Source: Octopus vulgaris
Lineage: Eukaryota
Assembly (NCBI GenBank): GCA_951406725.2
Contig: OX597822.1
Coordinates: 85,560,001 to 85,624,000, forward strand
Length of the DNA stretch: 64,000 nt
Direction: 5' to 3'
Shown: one piece after another, positions 55,950 through 64,000 of the stretch
How the letters are laid out: each line of letters begins with the position of its first letter
Numbering within the stretch: the first letter of the stretch is position 1
Made by a program: the position numbers and the translations under genes
Notes under the pieces: generated by a model
Database searches by the model: none
Seen by the model: only the letters and a program-made list of their open reading frames with translations
What the model was told of the DNA's origin: nothing

Positions 55950-56334
55950 GGGGATGCACTCCGTCGGTTACGACGACGAGGGTTCCGGTTGATCCGAATC
56001 AACGGAACAGCCTGCTCGTGAAATTAACGTGTAAGTGGCTGAGCACTCCACAGACACGTGTACCCTTAACGTAGTTCTCGGGGATATTCAGCGTGACACA
56101 GAGAGTGACACGGCCGGCCCTTTGAAATACAGGTACAACAGAAACAGGAAGTAAGAGTGAGAGAAAGTTGTGGTGTAAGAGTACAGCAGGGATCACCACC
56201 ATCCCCTGCCGGAGCCTCGTGGAGCTTTAGGTGTTTTCGCTCAATAAACACTCACAACGCCCGGTCTGGGAATCGAAACCGCGATCCTATGACCGCGAGT
56301 TCGCTGCCCTAACCACTGGGCCATTGCGCCTCCA
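55950..56334 (-). mobile_element. tRNA-derived SINE family C, full length
   Basis: Head GGCGCAATGGCCCAGTGGTTAGGGCAGCG...GGTTTCGATTCCC; perfect 15-bp TSD CTCTTTATAGAACTA (55935-55949, 56335-56349). Confidence 0.9.
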
Positions 56335-58401
56335 CTCTTTATAGAACTATATCCATGAAAAAGTATAGAACTATATTATCACCCTCAAATTTCAGAAACC
56401 AAATCTCATAACATTTTTCTTTTAAAACTTCTTTCTCGTCTCAGATATTACGGGACTGTCTTTACATGATATAATTGCGTTAATTAATACAGGATGATGT
56501 AATTCAACTAATTGCAAATTAGCGGTGCCGTTGATAATTTTTCCTTACGTTTATGATGCCGGTGACATATATTAAAAGTCTCCTTATAGAACTATATTCA
56601 TAAAAAAGTATAGAACTATATTATCACCCTCAAATTAACTTTTTTTCTTTTAAAACTTCATTGCATGAGATTAATACCACGAAATTCCTCGAATTGAGCT
56701 CTATCATTTAAGCTTAATTAAAATATAATTTGTTTTTAAAATAAAAAAGTTAATTATACTTAAATCCAATTTTTTACCTTACTTATATTTTTTCATATTT
56801 TACCTCACAACTTTTTTGATAGAAATTTTTGTTGTATGGGATCAAAACTATGAAATTCTTTATGCTTTCTTCTATCATTGAAACTAAGATAAATATATTT
56901 TGCTTTTAAAATAAAAAAAAGTTATTTAGATCTAAACTTGCTTGGAGGTGCTACTTATTCTCCTATAACGCTACTACAAATTTTGATGGAAACCTTTTTT
57001 TTACTGGACCAAATTTCAATTTTTTATGCCAAAATATTGTTAGGGACCAGTCCTTTTCAAAAATGTTAACAGTTTCCAATTTGGTTAAGAACTGAATTCG
57101 TGACGGGCTCTGAAAGATGCTGCGTGTGAGTAAAATGCGGCCTTATGAATATTATTCAACTACTGCCGTAGTTGCATGATAAACCACAAAAAGCCAGAAG
57201 GTATGAGTGATGAAAATCTTTATTCAACCATTTGACATCCTTAGGATTACAGTCGTTTTGCAGCCTTCTTATCTCTCATACCTCCTGACTTTTTATGGTT
57301 TGTATTTTCCTCATAATGTAATTTCATCGATCAGATCTTCTGTATTTCAGCTGCATGACTGCTCTGCATTATACTCCTCTTTATTGGATTACCATGTGGT
57401 CTGATAGCCGGTTTCACTAGAGGAGCTTTACGTGATAGCCACGCAATTCTCTGAATCCATATCTTATACTACAAATTGTGTGTGTGTGTGTGTGTGTGTG
57501 TGGTGATCTTGGTATCGACCAGACCATCGCCTGTTGTTACACATCGCTGGAAACAATGCGCTTAACATTGTTTTAGCTTTCGAATGACTCCAACCCGCAG
57601 GCTAGGCGGGTAGGCCAACATTCCCTTTAATCAGAAGACTATTCCATCACAGAGTTGCCCATTCACAGTTGAACGAACTGGAACAGCGTGAAATGAAGTG
57701 TTTCGCTCAAGAACACAATGTGTCACGCGATCTGGGAATCGGAACCCACGATCTAGCGATTGTGCGTACAACACCCTAACCACTGCACTATGCACCTTCA
57801 ATGTTTGGTGATACAAACAGGAAAATATGAATCAGCAAGAAGTTTAAAGAACGAAACCTGTTGAAGGTTCCCTCAGCTCCCTGAGAACTGACTCCTACCC
57901 TGGACAGGAAATGAGTACCTCTAGGATTGCTAAGTCTAAGGAAATACTTGAATGGAAGTTCCACCAATTTCCAGTTCCTCCAATACATCAGTCTGTATCG
58001 GATTCAGTTAAATGCATTAAGAATACTCAAGAGTGGAGGTGGGTGAGTGGAACAAATTGATAAAGATTAATAAAAAAAAAAGTCCAATGCTCCAACGACG
58101 AGTGGGTCATGGTTAAATGGAACGGAACTAAAGATTTATAATGACATTGCTGATCAGTGTACAGCTTTTATTGGATATCGAGCTAGTCATTCCCTTATTC
58201 GAACTGGCATGAGGAGCGTTCGATCTCAAATCACTTCTCTGTAAACCGCAAAATAAATCACCAATTTCCAGTTTGCATGATACTTTATAAATCATTTCAG
58301 AGATTTTAATTAATTATTTTCTATAATCATTTTAGTTATTAGTTTAATTATGGTGTGTAATATAAATAACATTATAATGTGAAATTTGATATCATATATA
58401 T

Positions 58402-58444
<43 letters not shown>

Positions 58445-58542
58445 CGTTTGTATATGTGTATCTGTACATGTATATATACATACAGATATTACATATAATT
58501 TACATATATACACGTATAGGTGTGTGTGTGTGTGTGTCTGTT

Positions 58543-58575
<33 letters not shown>

Positions 58576-58899
58576 GTGCATATGTAGGGTGTGTATAAAG
58601 GCACACATATTTGTATGCATAACCATGGGTGTGCGTAAATATATGCCTTTATAATTATATATATATGTACTGTGTGTATATACATACATACATACATGCA
58701 TACATACATATTCATACAAACTATGTATGCGTGTCTGAGTATGAATGTATAGCATATATATCGTATGTAAGTACGTACATTTGTATGTATGTATGTATGT
58801 ATGTATGTATCATGTATGTATGTATGTGTGTGTGTGTATGTATGTATGTAGCATATGCGCATGTGGGTCACTTGCTTCGTTCAATAAGCCCTCCAACGA

Positions 58900-59118
58900 A
58901 GGTGGTGAGCTGGCAGAATCGTTAGCACGCCAGGCGAAATGCCTAGCGATGTTTCGTCCGTCTTTATGTCCTGAGTTCAAATTCCGCCGAGGTCGACTTT
59001 TCCTTTCATCCTTTCGGGAGTTGATGAATTAAGTACCAGTTGCGTACTGGAGTCGATCTAATCGACTGGCCCCCGTCCCCACAAATTTCGGGCCTTGTGC
59101 CTAGAGAAGAAAAGAAAG
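58900..59118 (+). mobile_element. SINE family A
   Basis: Same head and body; 17-bp TSD AATAAGC(C/T)CTCCAACGA (58883-58899, 59119-59135). Older decayed copies near 11720, 13100, 14580 (-), 17630 and 37140. Confidence 0.88.
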
Positions 59119-59519
59119 AATAAGCTCTCCAACGAGAAACCCCGACTAGACGTGACTTTCTAAACCCAGTTGTTCCTCTATATCCCAATAAGGGCCCAAA
59201 AAGTCAATAAAACAGGCTCTTCGTTTTCCTGATTACCGATACATTTCATCCCAATCGATAGTTTTTCACTAGTTTAGAGATATTTATTTCTTCGTTTTTT
59301 TTTATATTCATTTATTCTCTTGTTTAATGACTGTATCCATGGCGAGACACCATATTGACGGGTTTAGTCGTTCACATTGATCGCACAACTTAATTTAAGC
59401 CAAGTGCTTATTTAGTCAGGATCTTGCTAAGCTACATAGACGTAAGCAAACCAACACCGGTTGTCAAGTGAGAAAAAACACAAACAAATTGCGTACGTGC
59501 GCCGAGCTTCAGCAGAGTT

Positions 59520-60667
59520 TCATAAGTTATTGAAAAGCTCAAGTTGGGAGAATAACACATCTTCAATACAAAAGTACGACACGACATAGTTTCAATCACA
59601 AGCGACATCGTTGACCAATTCTCGAATCCTATTTGGAAAAATTTAGATGCGTTCTTTTGTAGAGACTCTTTTGAAAGCCACTTCCCTTTCATCCGTGTCA
59701 TCGAATCGTTGTCTTTCAAGACCATTCTTTATTAGATAGAAGAGGGGGGGTGCTTGCAGAGAACCAGATCCGAAATGTACAGAAACCCAAATTGCTGATT
59801 ACCTAATTTGTTGTCAAAGATGTTTGAACCGTTTTCCGATTCTTGTTCGGGTTTTTTTTCCTTCTAATGCCCTCTTAAAGTTTTCAGAGTGTATTAAAGG
59901 AATTCTTGTAGTTCACGATATAGCCAGGTTCCAGAAAATTAAGGAGAATGACGTCCTTGTCAACTCCAAGAAAATAGTCACCATGACTTTCTTTACCGGT
60001 CGCTCTTGAAATTTTTAGGCTCTGGAGAAGAGATGTGGTACCATTCCATGGATAAATTCTTCATTTCCAGGTCATAATGAAACGCCCACGTTTCATCTCC
60101 AGTCGCTGATCGGAACAAAAAACAACTTCAACAGACCAAAGTAGGTTTCAAACCGTCTCTTCAAATCGGGTGTCAAGAGTCGAAGTACCCACTTTGCACA
60201 CACTTTCCGTACCCAAAGACTTCCACCATTTTCTGTAATGGATTGTATCCAGGGTCCAGTTGTGCAAGAAGCTCTCAGACTGTGACTTGTCTCTCTACGC
60301 GAATCGGTTGGTCCACTCGCCGGTGATTCGTATCAATCCTCACAATTGATGATCTACTATTTGGACTGTCCTCAAAGAGGGCTTCTACTTCTTTAAACTT
60401 CTTCATTTATGAACAAAGTTCATCTCAATGTTGATATTTCTGTGAATGTCGCACCCTTGCATCTCTCCTTCGTCTACAACTCAATGACAGTACATTACCA
60501 TTGTTTGGAACCCATTATTTACCTGCAATTAAAAAGAACAGAAAGAAGAAAAACAGTAGAAGAAGAGTTAGTCTACAAACATGGCCAATTTCCACGACTT
60601 CAGTCTCTGTTCATAAAATAACTTGCATTATTTTTTTTTTTGTATTAATTTCAGTACAACCCTCGTA
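59520..60667 (-). mobile_element. Degraded mariner-like transposon
   Basis: TIR-like end TACGAGGGTTGTACTGAAA (reverse complement at 60649-60667). Fragments resemble mariner transposase (RKVCAKWV.RLLT, TGDETWAFHYD, KVMVTIFL). Many stops. Confidence 0.6.
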
Positions 60668-60695
60668 TGGGAGGAGGGCTTGCATATGAGTATAT

Positions 60696-60730
<35 letters not shown>

Positions 60731-60886
60731 TGAATGCGTGTATGATGTATATATGCTGTCATGTATGCATGTTTGCAAATAAGCTGTATCTTTGAACGTG
60801 TCTGTGTGCCTGTATAAGCGTACAGATACATATACATACAAATACAGATATACTCACACACACATAGACACATGCGCAAGCACACT

Positions 60887-60965
<79 letters not shown>

Positions 60966-61124
60966 GTTAGGTCATAGAAATGTTATGTCATGTTTTGTAT
61001 TAAAAAATAATCTACAGATGTGGTCCAATTTGTTTGTTGATCAAAAGTTTTCTCCATATTCTCATTATTTAAATTATATATATATATATAATAGATAGAT
61101 AGATAGATATAGATATAGATATAG

Positions 61125-61167
<43 letters not shown>

Positions 61168-61229
61168 TATACATATATACATATATAGATATATACATAT
61201 TTACATATATATATATATTATATATATTA

Positions 61230-62458
61230 TTTGTCCTTACTCTGAACTGCTTCTCGTTCGCGGGCGAGTTCTACCATCAGGTCTCGGGAGTGGCCATGGG
61301 AACGCGAATGGGCCCCAACTATGCGAACCTGTTCGTTGGCTATGTTGAGGCCCAAATATTCTCTAATTTCACTGGTCCCACTCCTGAACTATATGGTCGT
61401 TATATTGACGACATTATCGGTGCCACCTCACTCTCCCGCGAACATCTAGATTCCTTCCTCTCTTTCGTCCAATCTTTCCATCCAGCCCTCCACTTCACTT
61501 CCACTATCTCCAACACCTCTGTCTCCTTCCTCGACATTTCGGTTAGCATTCTTCACTCCACTCTTACCACCTCCATTCACTACAAACACACAGACTCACA
61601 CTCATACCTCAACTTCTCTTCCTCCCACCCAGAACACACCAAGCTTTCCATCCCCTATTCCCAATTCCTCCGTCTACGTAGGCTCTGTAGTGACGACCAT
61701 GACTTTGAGACTCAGTCTCAACGTATGGCTCACCACTTCACCCTACGTGGATACCCCCTCACCACTATCCACACCGCCCTTGCCAGAGCACGGTCCGTGG
61801 ACCGTGTATCTGCTCTCTCTCCCCGAACCCGCCCTGTAGTCTCCCGCCTCCCTTTTCCCCTCACTTACCACCCCACGACCCTACGTCTCCAACGCACCAT
61901 TCTTCGAGCTTTCCGTCATCTCCAGTCCGACCCGTCCACTTCACACCTCTTCCCTAACCGACCCCTCCCCTCTTTCAAACGAGCCCACAACCTTCGGGAC
62001 CTTTTGGTCCATAGCTCCTTCCCTGACCCTACCTCCCAACCCGGCTCGTTCCCCTGCTCCCGCCCACGTTGCCGCACTTGCCCTTACATCTCCAACACCA
62101 CCCGCCTCACTAGCACCCACCATCGACCCTATCCCATCATCCACTCCTTCACCTGCACCTCCAGCAATATTATCTATTGCATCTCTTGCTCTCTCTGCAA
62201 TTCCTTGTACATCGGACAAACGGGACGCCGCTTGGCTGACCGGTTCGCGGAACACCTTCGTGACATCCACCTTGCGAACGACACACCGGTCTCACGCCAT
62301 TTCCGCTCAACCGGTCACTCCTTGCAACACCTATCTGTGTTCGGTTTGTCCTTACACAGAGGCCATCCGGATTCCCGTTTGCGCCGTGAACAGGAATTAA
62401 TCTTCTCTCTTCGCTCTTATACGCCATTTGGTCTCAACTCTCCCCCCTCCTCATCTAA
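61230..62458 (+). CDS. Penelope-like reverse transcriptase (C-terminal half) + Cys linker + GIY-YIG endonuclease, 5'-truncated
   Basis: Open from FVLTLNCFSFAGEFYHQVSGVAMGTRMGPNYANLF. Contains YGRYIDDI, FLDISV, YKHTDSHSYL..SSHP, SIPYSQFLRLRR, linker CSRPRCRTC, NIIYCISCSLC..LYIGQTGRRLADRFAEH and terminal PFGLN. The ORF track extension past ~62460 is low-complexity read-through. Confidence 0.9.
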
Positions 62459-62799
62459 CCTCACCCCCCTCCTCACCTATCCTTTCTCCCCCCGACCCCT
62501 ACTTCTTCAGTCCTTCATCCTTTCACCCCTACTCCCCTTCCCTTCTTCCCTCTTTCTCCCTCCCTCTTCCCCTTCCCTCTGCTCCCTCACTCCCTCTCTC
62601 CCCTTCTCTCTCCCCCTCTCCCTCTTTCCTCCTTCATCCCCCTCATCCCCTTCCTTCTCCCCATCCTCTCCTCTCCCCCTTCTCCTCCCCCTCTTCTTCT
62701 CCTCCCCTTCTCTCCCCCTCTTCTCTCCCTCCCCCTCTTCTCCCCCTCCCCCTCTTCTCCTCACTACACCACATGACTTTACACATCACATCACATATG

Positions 62800-63145
62800 A
62801 TGTGCCATACTAATACACACACCAACTAATACCTACTAATACGTACTAATACATACTAGTACATACTAATACTTACACCAACCCTATACATACACACGTC
62901 CAGACCCCGCATACGCACTTATACTCTCTCACACACACACACACACACCTATACATACCAATACGTACTAATACATACTAATACATACTAATACATACAC
63001 CAACCCCATACATACGCACGTCCAGACCAATCTTACGCACTAATACTCTCTCATACACACACACACACACACACACACCCTTATACATACTAATACATAC
63101 ACCAACCCTATACATACACACATCCAGACCCCTCCCACGCACTTT
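62800..63145 (+). repeat. ~110-120-bp tandem units in the PLE 3' UTR
   Basis: ATACATACTAATACATACACCAACCC(T/C)ATACATAC...TCCAGACC repeated about three times. Confidence 0.7.
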
Positions 63146-63314
63146 TAGCTGGTCCCTCAACCCTTTTATCAACCCTATTATCTCCCCTTATTTCGCTCTC
63201 GCGTCTCATGTTTGATCTTTGACCTCTGGCCGAAATCAGATCGCCATGTTGATTCGTTAGCTACTGCACGCATTTTTTTCTCTCCTTCTTTCTGTGTTTT
63301 TCTCTCTCTGTGTA

Positions 63315-63352
63315 TCTTTCTGTTGAAGAGCGTAGGCTCGAAACGTTAAAGA
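63315..63352 (+). ncRNA. Minimal type I hammerhead ribozyme motif (family H1; A6>T variant)
   Basis: TCTTT-CTGTTGA-A-GAG-cgtagg-CTC-GAAA-CG-TT-AAAGA; stem I TCTTT/AAAGA, palindromic AACGTT stem III. Confidence 0.7.
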
Positions 63353-63673
63353 CTTGTTTTATTTATATTTCCTGAGCGCCATACTAATACAATTGTTCGT
63401 TTGTTTTCCACCTGCCTTCGTCTTTTGTTTATTTTCATAAAGCTTCCCGTTATATATATATATATATATATATACACGCACATGCATACATATACATACT
63501 ACATGTATGCATACGAATATGTGTTTATACTTCGGTAGATACATACATACACATACATACATGCACACACATACATGCATAAATACATACATACACATAC
63601 GTACGTACGTACATATAACAGGTGTCTCGTAAGTAAAATTGCTTTCAGATCTTTCCTATAACAGAGTAAATCA

Positions 63674-63704
<31 letters not shown>

Positions 63705-63841
63705 TTGTGTGTGTACGTGTGTGTGTGTGTACGTGCGTGCGTGTGTATGTATAATCATATTTAAATACATATGAAAATGTCAGTGAGTCTGTATACACTT
63801 GCGTCTGCATTGAGGCCCTCAAACCTCCCCACCTCTTTCTT

Positions 63842-63877
<36 letters not shown>

Positions 63878-64000
63878 ACACGCACAACTCTCAGTCCACT
63901 CATACACGCGCACACATTCAGTTCACCACCGACCACTTGTTTGTGTGGAAGTCACGGTGTGGCTCCTGTGGCTGCTGGATTTTGAAGCAAGCCAGTCCAC

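Larger units (their letters stand above)
61230..63450 (+). mobile_element. Penelope-like retroelement (Neptune-type), 5'-truncated, flanked by (TA)n
   Basis: RT followed by C-terminal GIY-YIG ORF, pyrimidine-rich 3' UTR, tandem repeats, then a terminal segment with a hammerhead motif ending directly in (TA)n. Confidence 0.92.

Noticed and set aside
62459-62829. Pro/Ser/Leu-rich C-terminal tail of the 507-aa ORF and overlapping ORFs
   Set aside because: Read-through into the pyrimidine-rich 3' UTR after the usual GLN end of the GIY-YIG domain.
62800-63145. CRISPR-like repeat array
   Set aside because: Irregular low-complexity tandem units without unique spacers, in a eukaryotic context with no cas genes.

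Overview
Eukaryotic, AT-rich, microsatellite-saturated genomic DNA. The SINE families and repeat landscape look like an octopus/coleoid cephalopod genome (inference). Nearly all ORFs in the six-frame track are translated microsatellites. One host gene is visible: the first coding exon of a PTF1A/Fer1-like bHLH factor (51120-51744, +) with a candidate E-box/TATA promoter near 49.9 kb. The rest is mobile DNA: a 5'-truncated but open Penelope-like retroelement (RT + GIY-YIG, 61.2-63.45 kb), R4/Dong-like and CR1-like LINE remnants, mariner remnants, two Merlin-like MITEs with internal TTAGGG repeats, and many tRNA-derived SINEs. The most striking signal is about 15 type I hammerhead-ribozyme motifs in at least five sequence families. 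They have palindromic stem III and sit in short non-coding cassettes embedded in or next to (TA)n tracts, several of which are fold-back structures with a ribozyme on each strand. One family matches the 3' end of the coding Penelope-like element in the same window. All coordinates and pairings were read by eye.
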